A stretch of DNA of 64,000 nt from Eledone cirrhosa (lineage: Eukaryota): contig OZ024759.1 of assembly GCA_964016885.1 (NCBI GenBank), positions 12,958,001 to 13,022,000 of the forward strand, in the 5' to 3' direction. The translations under genes were made by a program, and so were the position numbers. How positions within the stretch are numbered: position 1 is the first letter of the stretch; each line of letters begins with the position of its first letter. The notes under the pieces are model-generated. The model was not told the origin of the DNA. It did not search any database and worked only from the letters and a program-made list of their open reading frames with translations. Of the stretch, positions 12,278 through 24,805 are shown in pieces.

Positions 12278-12830
12278 CCATATATATATATATATATATA
12301 TATATGTCCGTCAATACTCATCTTTTTCCATTTCTCCGAGGGTTCTTAACCCCACTATCAGGCTACATAATTTCTTTAATTTCTTTAGTCAAAATACGGC
12401 GATAGCTTATATTTATAATTTTTATATATATATAGGAACAGAGTCAGGACCCCGACGGCTGAGCTCCGGCCGTTTCGACAGCTAGATCCGAACTAAGCCA
12501 GCAGTATTGGAATGGCGGCGAATCTAGCTAAACTTACCAGTATATAAACTTGTCCATATATGGGCAAGCAGTCAAAACAAAAAACAAAAAGCAGAAATAT
12601 CAAGGCAAATAATCCTAAAAATTTGCTGTTTTTCTTGTCTGTCATGGGGGAGGGGGAGAGGGGGAGTCAATGACCTGGGATGGCATGTACTTAGAGGCCT
12701 GAAGAACAAAGTGGGGAGAGTAAGAGGACAGTCTGACCTATGGGTGCCAAGCTAGTCAGGTGTTAAGAGAGAAATCTTTACAGCTATCTTTTATTTATAG
12801 TCCACCTGGTATTTTACCACACCTTCTTTG

Positions 12831-12895
<65 letters not shown>

Positions 12896-12975
12896 GATAA
12901 GCAGAACAAGCAAAATTCAACCAATTTTTTAAAATAAATTAAAAAATATAATTTAAATATTTACCTATTCTTTTG

Positions 12976-13060
12976 GCCCTTACCGATCGGTTTCGCTTTG
13001 TAAAACACCAGAAATCCAATGGATTTCCAATGGAAAATCAAAGTTCATTAGAGAAGCATT
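12976..13060 (-). ncRNA. Hammerhead-like motif with mutated core (CTAATGA), probably inactive
   Basis: Minus strand TTCT-CTAATGA-ACTTTG...CAAAGC-GAAAC-CGATCG-GTA-AGGG; palindromic stem III ACCGATCGGT. Confidence 0.5.
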
Positions 13061-13637
13061 TTCCTTTCCTAGGGCTAAAGACCCAGGAACGATAAAATAT
13101 ATTGTTATCTGCCAGCTAGCACAGATCCAAAAGGCCGAAAAATGACCCATACGTGAACAGCCCGAGGTGAAAGCGGGAAAAACATAGACATGTTGTCTAT
13201 CTTGTTACTAAAAATAGCAGCTAAATAGAAACAACAGATTTGTTCTCAACATAACGGAGTATAATAATAGAAGAAGTTAATATGCCATGGTTGAATTTTG
13301 CTTGTTCTGCTTATCTTAATATTATAGTTCTGGTATGTCAAATTAATACCATAGAACAACCTTAAATCATAGACAACCTATATATTTCTAGGGGTACTTA
13401 GTACCCACGGGCATATTAACTTCTTCTATTATATATATGTATATATAGTTGTTATATAGTAAGGTGTATTATTGGTTGTGTCATACGGTCCAATAACATT
13501 TTCATTAGCAATATTAAGTTCTCCACGCTTTTGTATATCTCCAATTCCATTTATGGGAACAGCTAGATGATGTAAAACGGAGTATTTGTATCAAAATAAA
13601 GATCCGAAGGCATGATATATATTTCCAATCATTTTAA

Positions 13638-13711
13638 TCACGACACATGTTTCAATAGGAGATAGATCGATCGTGTAGCCATGATCGATTATCACTGATC
13701 TCGTCAGGTGA
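13638..13711 (-). ncRNA. Type I hammerhead ribozyme in a Penelope-like 3' fragment
   Basis: Minus strand TCAC-CTGACGA-[stem II GATA/TATC, ATCGATC/GATCGAT]-GAAAC-ATGT-GTC-GTGA; GUC cleavage triplet (plus 13642-13644). About 40 nt upstream is the end of a frame reading EGLNSVSKHH*, resembling the GLN ending of PLE GIY-YIG ORFs. Confidence 0.78.
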
Positions 13712-13845
13712 AAATGAATTGTCTTCAAATCCTTGATATGAGGGAGAAAATTAATGATGTTTACTCACAGAGTTTAGTCCCTCATATATATATATATATA
13801 TATACGATATTAAACAAATGGAAACTATATTTATAAAACCATATT

Positions 13846-14043
13846 TATTTCATTATACATATTTCGGGGATACCATATTAAAAATATGGCATGCCTTCTT
13901 CAGATAAAATACAATATATAAACAGTTTTATAAATAATTTTGACGTACCATAAATATTGAGCAACCGTTATATATTGTATTTTATCTGAAGAAGGCATGC
14001 CATATTTTTAATATGGTATCCCCGAAATATGTATAATGAAATA
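13846..14043. ncRNA. Pair of inverted type I hammerhead ribozymes (+ 13978-14043; - 13846-13911)
   Basis: TATTTTAT-CTGAAGA-AGGCATGCCATATTTTTAATATGGTATCCCC-GAAAT-ATGT-ATA-ATGAAATA; 8-bp stem I, long stem II; copied on the opposite strand by a ~120-bp inverted duplication. Confidence 0.7.
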
Positions 14044-14170
14044 AATATGGTTTTATAAATATAGTTTCCATTTGTTTAATATCGTATATCTACTCCAAAA
14101 CTTGTCGAGTGCTTTATATCAGTTATAAAATATTTACTTGTTGTAACCCAACAATTTTAAATAAAACTTT

Positions 14171-14239
<69 letters not shown>

Positions 14240-15104
14240 AAGAATTTTCCTGCTATTAATTTTATCTCTCACTCTTTTAAGTTGTGAAATAGACTGGTTT
14301 ACGCACGTGGCTGCCGCAATCCAGCTCGCTACTATATATCACTCTATAATGGATACTGGCATTTAAAGTCTGTTAAGGGTTCTTGGCACTACCATTGTTA
14401 CTATCGCTTTCCTCTAGCCATGGGACATGGAGACATGAGCCGAATGCTACCATTCTATTATACATCGATGTGGGACTGCTATTTCTAATAACCATCTTTT
14501 CACTTAAATTGTGTGTAAGGCACGTTGGCTGAGAGCTTTTGACGGGAGAGAAAAGATTAGTTTTCTAGTCTCCCGCCACCATGTAAAGTTTGTAAATCGG
14601 TGGCTGGTCGAGGGACAGAGTCCTATCGGGTTCCAGTTGCTAATCACTTTACCGTGTCGGTTGTCACAAACAGTCATAGCCGCCATGGGCTGGGGTTTGG
14701 ATTCTGTTGATCGATTGGTTATTGATTAGGTGATACCCGCTGATGAAACCGCATAAGCCGATTATTCATTGTTGCATAATATATGCAGACAGAGGGTGCA
14801 GTGCACCTTACTACTGCATTAAGTGCGGCCGAAACTCGAGTCCGGGAACTATTATAGGCACCCGTTTTACGTGTGTTGTATTGAAGCGGATAACTATGTG
14901 TATACTCTGGGAATGTATCTTACATTGCTTATTGAGTACGCTGAGATACAACTGGTACTGGCATTGATAAATATGCTGGGTCCGTCAACTCCTTGAGTTC
15001 AAATCCCGCCGAGGTTAACTTTGCCTTTCATCCTTACGGGGTCGATAACATAAAGTACCAGTAATACACTGGGTAATTGCTGGCCTTGTGCCAAAAGTAG
15101 AAAC

Positions 15105-15140
<36 letters not shown>

Positions 15141-15619
15141 GCTGCCAACTCGTTTTCGAGTACGGCCACTACTTTATATCCATGTAGGAGAACCCCTACC
15201 GATGCGCTGAACGAGTGTGACTTTTTAGTCCAGCCTGCAACTTGAAAACTCTGGTACAAACACTACACTTGTGACAATTATTGACACATAGTGCTGGGCC
15301 CATGGTACCATGTGAGGACAAGTGCAGAGAGATCTCCAGATATAAAGCAATGCCTGTGCCGTGAAGCTTTTATAGTGAGCAAAGGCACTGCACAAAGCCA
15401 GTCCCACTCTCTTAACCAAGATGATATTTACCAAAAAGAAGAACAAGTCAACAACATTGGATACCATCAGGGTTGCAGGTGTTATATCAGAGTTTTCCTC
15501 TCCTAGAATTCTGCCTTGACAAAGGCTAAGGGGTCATCTCTCCCGGTGATTTTGGATGGCCATTGACTCTTAAGAGCTCCTTTGCCCTTTGACATACATA
15601 AATAAATATATATATATAT

Positions 15620-15776
15620 ATTTAAGACAACGCTACTTTTTTCCTAAAATAAGTCTCAAAAATCTACCATGGGTCCTGGAGGCTGAAGGTTGTTTATTAT
15701 TTGTTTTCAAATATTTGGTTGTCAAAATTAGGGTGCATCCTCGAGGACGAAACGTCTTCGGTGCCGGGAAATACGG
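15620..15776. mobile_element. Tc1/mariner (pogo/Tc2-like) non-autonomous element end
   Basis: Terminus GGGAAATACGG|TA (reverse TA|CCGTATTTCCCGG) typical of these MITEs; the other end is lost in (TA)n. Confidence 0.55.
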
Positions 15777-15779
15777 TAG

Positions 15780-15810
<31 letters not shown>

Positions 15811-16133
15811 TACATATATATATGATGGCTGCCCCCTCGTTATCGAGTATGGCCATTGCACGAGGAGAAAAAAAAAAAATAATAAATAAATAATAAAATA
15901 AAATAAAAAATATATATATATATATATATACACACACATACATACATACATACATACATACATACACACATATATATATACATACACACATACATTAATA
16001 ACAATAATAATAATAATAACGACAATAATAATAACGACAACAACAATAATAATATACATAATAATAATAACGACAACAACAATAATAATATACATATACA
16101 TATATATATACACACACGCATAAACATATCTAT

Positions 16134-16172
<39 letters not shown>

Positions 16173-16502
16173 CATCATCTTCGTTTAACGTCCATTTTCC
16201 ATGCTTACATACACATACATAAATTTATACACACACATAAATATATACATATATACATACACATATATATATATATATGCATACATATATACAAACATTT
16301 ACATACATATATAGAGGGGTAGATAGGGCCCCTGAGTCCAGTAAGACGACCTCTCTAGTGCTGGTGGCACGAATAAAAGCACCCAGTCCATGCTATAAAG
16401 TGGTGCTGTGTTAGGAAGGGCATCTAACCAGTATAATAAATGCAAAAAAAAACAAAAAACGTGTAACCCATGCTAGCGTGGAAGATGGACGTTAAACGAA
16501 GA

Positions 16503-16570
<68 letters not shown>

Positions 16571-17049
16571 ATAATAATAAATTTGAAGACTAAAATCCAA
16601 AGAGGGCTCGATAAGGATAAATGTATATCAAATATATAAGAACCGTAGAGTAAAAATTTATTAAAATAACAGATTAAAGTTTAAGCAAAGAATCGCTGCT
16701 TTCACCCTTAACGGGATCTTCTGAAAGCAGCGATTCTTTGCTTAAACTTTAATCTGTTATTTTAATATATATATATATATATATATATGTAAAAGGTAAA
16801 CAGAAATAACAACACAATCGGTACAGTATATGGAAGGTATATATTAGGTTAACGCGTGTTATAGCAGGAAGAGGGTCTTAACGTTTCAGACGCTAGTCCT
16901 TCATCGGAAGAAAGAATGAGAAATAAAATAGATTAAGGGAATGGGTGGGATGGAATTGGAAAAATGTCTTTAGATAAAAATAATAGGTCCATTCATCTTG
17001 ACATTATAAATATATAGTTAGAGATTTTATACATAACCTAATAGCTAAT

Positions 17050-19612
17050 GACTTTATAGTCAGGGCTAAACAAGCTTGACAACAGAGGACAACTTTGAGG
17101 AGAAGACTATGGAAGATGAAGGACTCCACAGCCAGCAACAAATTCAGAGACATGTTACGACAGTAAGGAAGAGCAAATAGAGACATACAATACAGAGGAG
17201 CAGTGGGAATTCCTGAAAGGTAACCTACTGAAGGCAACAAATGAAATCTGTGGCTTGAACAGGTCTCTAAGGAGGAGAGTGACTTGGACTTGGAGACAAT
17301 TAAGGCCAAAAAACAGGCATGAAAAGAATGGTAGGATGGGGGAAGTAGAGAACACTATCAGGAAGCTAGGAGAGAAACTAGGTGACAGGTGTACTTTGCA
17401 AGAAAGGAAGTAGAAGATAAAACATTTAAGCATGTTCTGCAACATGAGGACCAAAGGTGTGAGGTGTTCCGCATTGCGAGACAATGTATCAGGGAAAATT
17501 GTGATGTCATTGGAGAGAAGTGTGTCTGAGTACTTTCCCCCACTGAAGCTGAAAAAAAGGTAGCATGGAACTGTTACTATGTAAGTCTGCTGAATGAGGT
17601 GAATGCATGGGAAGAAGATAGTTGACCCAAGAGAGAGACTGGCTGTACAAGTCAGCAGTAGTATAGTAAATAAGGCAAGCAAAGATGTGAAGACATGCAA
17701 GACAGCTGGACCTTCGAGAATAGTTGCTGAGATGCTGAAAGCATCTGGGATGGTGGGACACACCAAAGTCACACATATTGTAAACCGAATAATACAAAAT
17801 GGTGTCATACAAAATGACTGGCATAGCAGCATCATCGTTAACTGCTACAAGGGCAAAGGAGATGCTCTAGACAGAGAAAACTATAGAGACATTAAGTTGG
17901 TCGACCAGGTCATGAAGGTCACCGAAAGAGTTATCGCACAGCTGATTAGGGACCGAGTTAACTTTGATGAAATGCAGTTTGGATTTGTGCCAAGTAAAAG
18001 TACCATGGATACTCTCTTCCTCATGAATCAACTACAGGAGAAGTAACTAGGTAAAAGTTAACCCCTCTGCTTAGCTTTTGTTCATTTGCAAAAAAGCCTT
18101 TGACAAAGTCCCCTGTTCCATTATCTAGTGGGCTCTTAGAAATCTAGGAATAGATGAGTGGCTTGTGAAAGTTGTACAAGCCATGTATAAAGAAACAGTT
18201 AGCAAGCATAGAATTAATAATGAATATAGTGAAGAATTTAGCGTACAAATAGGTGTTCACCAAGGCTCCACCCTTAGCTTTCTCCTGTTTAAGACTGGCT
18301 GCCTATGGGAACTTCTATATGCAGATGATCTAACTTTCATAGCTGAATCTATGGCAGAACTAGAGAAGAAATTCTAAACCTGGAAGCATGGCCTAGAATC
18401 AAAAGGTCTTAAAGTTAACATGTCAATGTATGTAGAAATGAAAATAGAGCACAGGTGCCCTCTGGGAAATGGCCATACTCAAAGTGTAAGAAAGGGGTAG
18501 GTAGAAATTCCATTCTACGCCCCAAATGCAAGCTATGGATAGAGAAAAGGTGTAGTGAGATCATAGGCAGGCTATCAAAGAACATAGGTTTTATACGAGG
18601 TTGATGCTCAGGTGCAGTAAGTAGCAAGGACCCACTGGAAACTAGCTCCTTCAATTGCCCAGATGGTTCTATAGAAATAGTAGACACTTTCCGTTACCTG
18701 GGTGATAAAACCAGCAGTGGAGAAGGGTGTTCTGAAAGTACAGTAGTCAGAGTAAGAATGGGATGGAAAAAGTTCAGAGAGTTGTTAGTTGTAAAAGGCT
18801 TCTCCCTAAAAATGAAAGGCAGATTGTATGATGCTTGTATACAAACAGCAATGTTACATGGTAGTGTGACTTGGGCATTGTGTGCAGATTGGAAAGAAAT
18901 GAAGCATGCATACTCTGATGGATGTGTAATAGTAGTATACACGAATGGCAAAACATAAGTGAACTAAGTGAGAAATTAGGCATAAGAGGGATCAGATGCA
19001 GTATACTAGAGAGGAACTTGCATTGGTAAGGTCATGTGATGCATATGAAGGACGACAGCTGTTTAAAAAAGTGCAGGGCAATCAAAATTGATGGAAGTTA
19101 CGGAATAGAAAGACCCAGGGCGAAGTGATGAAAGCTGACCTTGCACACTTGCACCTCTCAAAGACAATGACACAGGATCGAGATCTTTGGTGTTATGCAG
19201 TAATACAGAAGATTTACCTTCCCTTGTGAGCAGACTCAAACATATACCCAGTAGGCACCTCTCAACTAATATACCCCCACTCTTGCACTTCTGTCCCCAC
19301 CACCCTTACGCTGTAAAGTTATGTTGGTATCACAAAAACATCCAGCCCACACTGTAAAGTGGTCGTGTAGGTGTTACAACAAAAAGTGCCCAGCGCACAC
19401 TGTAAAGCGGTTGTGTAGGAGTCACAGCAAAAAGCACCAAGCACACACTGTAAATGTGTTTGGTGTTAGGAAGGGCATCCAACTGTAGAAACCTAGCCAG
19501 AAACAGTCCTATATGAGCAAGACATGGTTACCCAAACCAACTTGCCTCTAATGGAACAAAACCGTCTAACTCATGCTAGCGTGGAAAATAGACATTAAAT
19601 GATGATGATGAT
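17050..19612 (+). mobile_element. RTE-clade LINE, 5'-truncated, heavily decayed RT ORF plus 3'UTR ending in (GAT)n
   Basis: Fragments KGKGDALDRENYRDIKL, MQFGFVPSKSTMD, GVHQGS, WELLYADDL, AMLHGS; many stops and frameshifts. Confidence 0.92.
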
Positions 19613-19735
19613 ATATATACATATATGTTTATCCCAGGTTCTATTGATGATTTCTCCCGAATGAAACAGTTCTAGTCCTGTAGAAGCCATTTCAATATTA
19701 AATATATATATATATATATAAGTTTTAATATAGAT

Positions 19736-19837
19736 GAGATTCTACAGGACTAGAACTATTTCATTCTTTAGAAATCATCAGGAATCCTGATTCCTGATGA
19801 TTTCTAAAGAATGAAACAGTTCTAGTCTTGTAGAATC
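19736..19837. ncRNA. Inverted pair of minimal hammerhead motifs (+ 19789-19837 and its mirror); related copies at ~19637-19688 (+) and ~6148-6195 (-)
   Basis: GATTC-CTGATGA-TTTCTAAAGAAT-GAAACAG-TTCTAGTC-TTGT-A-GAATC; stem I GATTC/GAATC, GUA triplet. Confidence 0.62.
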
Positions 19838-19923
19838 TCATCTATATTAAAACTTTTATACTCTGCTATGTATTGAGTACCTTACTTACTGTGGTTACCT
19901 CCGATTCAACCCGGAATAACTTA

Positions 19924-19964
<41 letters not shown>

Positions 19965-20040
19965 TTGTTTCTACTTTTGGCACAAGGCCAGCAATTACCC
20001 AGTGTATATATAATGTATAATAAACAATACAATATAATTA

Positions 20041-20108
20041 CCTCATTACCAGAGGTTTCCCGAATAAGACGAATACAAGAAACGTCCGCATTCGTTCGTC
20101 AGACAAGG
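20041..20108 (-). ncRNA. Type I hammerhead ribozyme motif
   Basis: Minus strand CCTTGT-CTGACGA-ACGAAT..GACG..CGTC..ATTCGG-GAAAC-CTCTG-GTA-ATGAGG; 6-bp stem I with GU pairs. Confidence 0.68.
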
Positions 20109-20132
20109 ATATGTATGTATGTATGTATATAT

Positions 20133-21604
20133 ATCATCATCATCATCATCATCAACGTTTAACGTCCGTGTTCCACGCTTGCATGGGTTTGGACGGGGGT
20201 AGTCCCACTTGAGGCAAGAGTGATTGTCTTGCTCGCATAGGACTGTCTGGCAGGTTTTCTACAGTTGGATGCCCTTCCTAACACCAACCACATTTACAGT
20301 GTGGGTCTGGGAGGTTTTTACCGTGTTGCCTACACAGCCACATTACAGCGTGGACTGTGTGTTTTTTTTGTCGTGACACCTACACGATCTCATTTGTTTC
20401 GGCCTGGATGGTGTGGCACCAACACAACTTTACATAGAACGGGGTGGCGTGGATGGGGGGGTATTTTGTTAGAGATGCCTACTGGTTGTAGTAGGTTTTA
20501 CTATGTATTTAGGTAAGGCGGGTCTTCTCTATTACTGAGTACCGCCAAAGGTCTCGGTCCAGTGACATTGTCTTGAAGAGGTGTAAGTGTGTGAGGTCAG
20601 AGTTTATCAGCTCGTCCCAGGTTTTTCTAGGTCTGCCTATTCCGTGGCTACCGTCTATCTTTATTGCTCTGCACTTTGTTATACAGCTATCGACTTTCAT
20701 GCGCATCACGTGTCCATACCAACGTAGCCTTCTCTCGAGTAAACAACATCTGATCCCTCTTATTTCTAATTTTTTCCTTAGTTCGTTTATGCTTTGCCGT
20801 TCACGTATATTACTGTTACACATCCAGCGGAGCATGCAAGCTTCGTTCCTCTCTAGTCTGCGTATATCCTCTGCACACAATGCCCAGGTCTCACTGCCAT
20901 GCAGCATTGCTGTTCGTATGCAGGCATCGTACAACCTGCCTTTCATTTTTAGGGAGAACCCTTTAGCAGCTAATAGTGGTATAAGCTCTCTGAACTTTTT
21001 CCAACCAGTTCTGACTCTAGCTACTGTACTTTCAGAGCACCCTCCCCCACTGCTGATTTTATCACCCAGGTAACGGAAGCTGTCCACTATTTCTATAGAA
21101 CCCTCTGCGCAATTGAAAGAGCTAGTATTTAGTGGGCACTTGCTGCTACTTATTGCACCAGAGCACCGGCCACATGTAAAATCTATGTTCTTAGTTAGCT
21201 TACCTGTGATCCCACTACATCTTTTATGCACCCATACTTAGCATTTAGGACATAAAATGGAGTTTCTACCTACGCCTTTCCTACACACCAAGCACGACCA
21301 TTTCCCTGAAGGGACCGCCGCCTTATTTTCTTTCCTACAAACTAGAACTTTAGTCTTAGCCAGGTTAATTTTAAGGCCTTTTGATTCTAGGCCGTGCTTC
21401 CATGTTTGGAATTTCTTCTCTAGCTCGGCCATTGATTCAGCTATGAGTGTCAGGTCGTCTGCGTATAGGAGTTCCCATGGGCAGCCGGTCTTGAACTCCT
21501 CCGTTATAGCCTGAAGGGCAATAATAAATAGTAGGGGGCTGAGAACAGAGCCCTGATGGACACCAACTTTTACGCTAAACTCTTCACTATATTCGTTGTT
21601 AATT
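20133..21604 (-). mobile_element. RTE-clade LINE, younger 5'-truncated copy (RT C-terminal half, in-frame stop at 21240-21238)
   Basis: GVHQGSVLSPLLF, PWELLYADDL, VDSFRYLGD, MLHGSETW, RLRWYGHVMRM, GRPRKTW; (GAT)n tail. Confidence 0.95.
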
Positions 21605-21605
21605 C

Positions 21606-21643
<38 letters not shown>

Positions 21644-22109
21644 GGGCAGACATCTGTAACACTTCCTAACTATCACTGAAGATAGAGTTGCTTGTGTAGA
21701 GTATATAGAGTAGAGTGAAGTATATTTACAACAATGGCATAGTATATGAGAAGCATGGTGGCTTAATGGAGTGACAAGCCTGTGTATAGAACATAACAAT
21801 GGCCACACACTGTTGCATAATTCATTATAGAAAGAAACTAACCGAACCACACAAACACATTATAATACAGGAGGAAGGAAATAAGAGAAAATAAAAGCAG
21901 AAGCTAAATATATGAATACATTGAGATATTTGAACTCTAAATATACACATAGTGAAATAGATATTGCTTCAGTATTAGGAATGGATCCAAATGGTGGCGT
22001 TGTTAGGTGGACTGAGTTTGTTGTTATTTAACTGGGTTTGTTTTGTTGTTGTTTGTTTCTTTTGTTGGGGGGGGGGCACACAATGAAATACATAACTAAT
22101 AAATCTCAG

Positions 22110-24005
22110 TGGAGGGAAGCTGGAGTTGAGGTAGACCAAGGAAGACCTGGGAAGAGGTGGTGAGAGCTGAGGGAAGCTGGAGTAGAGGTAGACCAAGGAA
22201 GACCTGGGCAAAGGTGGTGAGAGCTGAGAGAAGCTGGAGTAGAGGTAGACCAGGGAACACCTGGGCAGAGGTGGTGAGAGCTGAGGGAAGCTGGAGTAGA
22301 GGTAGACCAAGGAACACCTGGGCAGAGGTGGTGAGAGCTGAGGGAAGCTGGAGTAGAGGTAGACCAAGGAACACCTGGGCAGAGGTGGTGAGAGCTGAGG
22401 GAAGCTGGAGTAGAGGTAGACCAAGGAACACCTGGGCAGAGGTGGTGAGAGCTGAGGGAAGCTGGAGTAGAGGTAGACCAAGGAACACCTGGGCAGAGGT
22501 GGTGAGAGCTGAGAGAAGCTGGAGTAGAGGTAGACCAAGGAACACCTGGGCAGAGGTGGTGAGAGCTGAGAGAAGCTGGAGTAGAGGTAGACCAAGGAAC
22601 ACCTGGGCAGAGGTGGTGAGAGCTGAGGGAAGCTGGAGTAGAGGTAGACCAAGGAACACCTGGGCAGAGGTGGTGAGAGCTGAGGGAAGCTGGAGTAGAG
22701 GTAGACCAAGGAACACCTGGGCAGAGGTGGTGAGAGCTGAGGGAAGCTGGAGTAGAGGTAGACCAAGGAACACCTGGGCAGAGGTGGTGAGAGCTGAGGG
22801 AAGCTGGAGTAGAGGTAGACCAAAGAAGACCTGGTAGAGGTTGTGAGAGCTGAGGGAAGCTGGAGTAGAAGTAGACCAAGGAAGACCTGGGAAGAGGTGG
22901 TGAGAGCTGAGAGAAGCTGGAGTAGAGGTAGACCAAGGAACACCTGGGCAGAGGTGGTGAGAGCTGAGGGAAGCTGGAGTAGAGGTAGACCAAGGAACAC
23001 CTGGGCAGAGGTGGTGAGAGCTGAGGGAAGCTGGAGTAGAGGTAGACCAAGGAACACCTGGGCAGAGGTGGTGAGAGCTGAGGGAAGCTGGAGTAGAGGT
23101 AGACCAAGGAAGACCTGGGTAGAGGTGGTGAGAGCTGAGGGAAGCTGGAGTAGAGGTAGACCAAGGAAGACCTGGGCAGATGTGGACCGAGCTGAGGGAA
23201 GCTGGAGTAGAGGTAGACCAAGGAAGACCTAGGCAGAGGTAGTGAGAGCTGAGAGCAGCGGGAGTAGAGGTAGACCAAGGAATACTTGGGTAGAGGTTAT
23301 GAGAGCTGAGGGAAGCTGGAGTAGAGGTAGACTAAAGAAGACCTGGTAGAGGTTGTGAGAGCTGAGGGAAGCTGGAGTAGAGGTAGACCAAGGAAGACCT
23401 GGGTAGAGGTTGTGAGAGCTGAGGGAAGTTGGAGTAGAGGTAGACCAAAGAAGACCTGGGTAGAGGTGGTGAGAGCTGAGAGAAGCTGGAGTAGAGGTAG
23501 ACCAAAGAAGACCTGGGCAGAGGTGGTGAGAGCTGAGGGAAGCTGGAGTAGAGGTAGACCAAGGAAGACCTGGGAAGAGGTGGTGAGAGCTGAGGGAAGC
23601 TGGAGTAGAGGTAGACGAAGGAAGACCTGGGCAGAGGTTGTGAGAGCTGAGGGAAGCTGGAGTAGAGGTAGACGAAGGAAGACCTGGGCAGAGGTTGTGA
23701 GAGCTGAGGGAAGCTGGAGTAGAGGTAGACCAAAGAAGACCTGGGCAGAGGTGGTGAGAGCTGAGGGAAGCTGGAGTAGAGGTAGACCAAGGAAGACCTG
23801 GGCAGAGGTGGTGAGAGCTGAGGGAAGCTGGAGTAGAGGTAGACCAAGGAAGACCTGGGCAGGGGCGGTGAGAGCTGACTTCAAATAGCTGACACTCACA
23901 GAAGAGATGATGAAGGAACATGGTAATTGGAGAGATGCTGTGCTGAAAAGGACTCATCCAACCCATGTAAGTGTGGAAAAACAGATGTAAAAACAATGAT
24001 GATGA
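22110..24005 (+). repeat. 57-bp minisatellite (~31 copies) derived from an RTE ORF end, followed by the RTE 3' terminus
   Basis: Unit encodes EVVRAEGSWSRGRPRNTWA (GRPRKTW motif); continues into the RTE tail and (GAT)n at ~24000. Confidence 0.93.
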
Positions 24006-24259
24006 TCATCATCATCATCATCATCAACAACAAGCATTTTTTAGGCTCTTTTCCCTGTCAAACCAGGGGTTAGCAATGCAGGGGACCACATGATAGGCTT
24101 TTCCAATATGACCCATTGTCTGCATTCTCCCATCACTAACCTCTGGCTTTTATTTCTTCCCCCATAATCTTTAGTCCCATGTCCTTCTTGGTCTTCCTCT
24201 TCCTCTACTTCCTTCCACATTCATTTCCATCACTTCTCTCACCCAGTCAGTTTCATCTT

Positions 24260-24700
24260 TCCTCAACACATGACCCAACTATCTCATTCCATTTCTTTTG
24301 TCACAGCATTCATCAATGGTACTATTTCTCTCACCCTGTCACACTGTCGTCCTTCTTCAACACATGACCCAACCATCTCATTCCATTTCTTTTGTCACAG
24401 CATTCATCAATGGTACTATTTCTCTCACCCTGTCACACTGTCGTCCTTCTTCAACACATGACCCAACCATCTCATTCCATTTCTTTTGTCACAGCATTCA
24501 TCAATGGTATTATTTCTCTCTCCCTGTCACACTGTTGTCCTTCTTCAACACATGACCCAACCATCTCATTCCATTTCTTTTGTCACAGCATTCATCAATG
24601 GTACTATTTCTGTCACACTGCCATCCTTCCTCAACACATGACCCAACCATCTCACTCTATTTCTCTTCACAACATTCATCACTGGCTCTATTCCTTTCAC
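24260..24700. repeat. 94-bp tandem repeat (~4.5 copies), LINE-derived
   Basis: caacacatgaccc recurs at 94-bp spacing; the flank reads as a GRGRPRR/GHVL-type LINE end on the minus strand. Confidence 0.8.
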
Positions 24701-24805
24701 CCAGTCACTTTCATCCTTCCTTCAAGAATACAACACAATGTAACACCTTTATCCACACCCTAACCACGAGACCACATGCCTTCACTATATATATATATAT
24801 ATATG

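Noticed and set aside
14740-14760. CTGATGAAAC as a hammerhead core (also CTGAAGA at ~21675)
   Set aside because: No stem II or no downstream GAAA/stem III in the right arrangement.
21975-23996. Multiple 200-390 aa overlapping ORFs
   Set aside because: All arise from a 57-bp LINE-derived minisatellite open in several frames.
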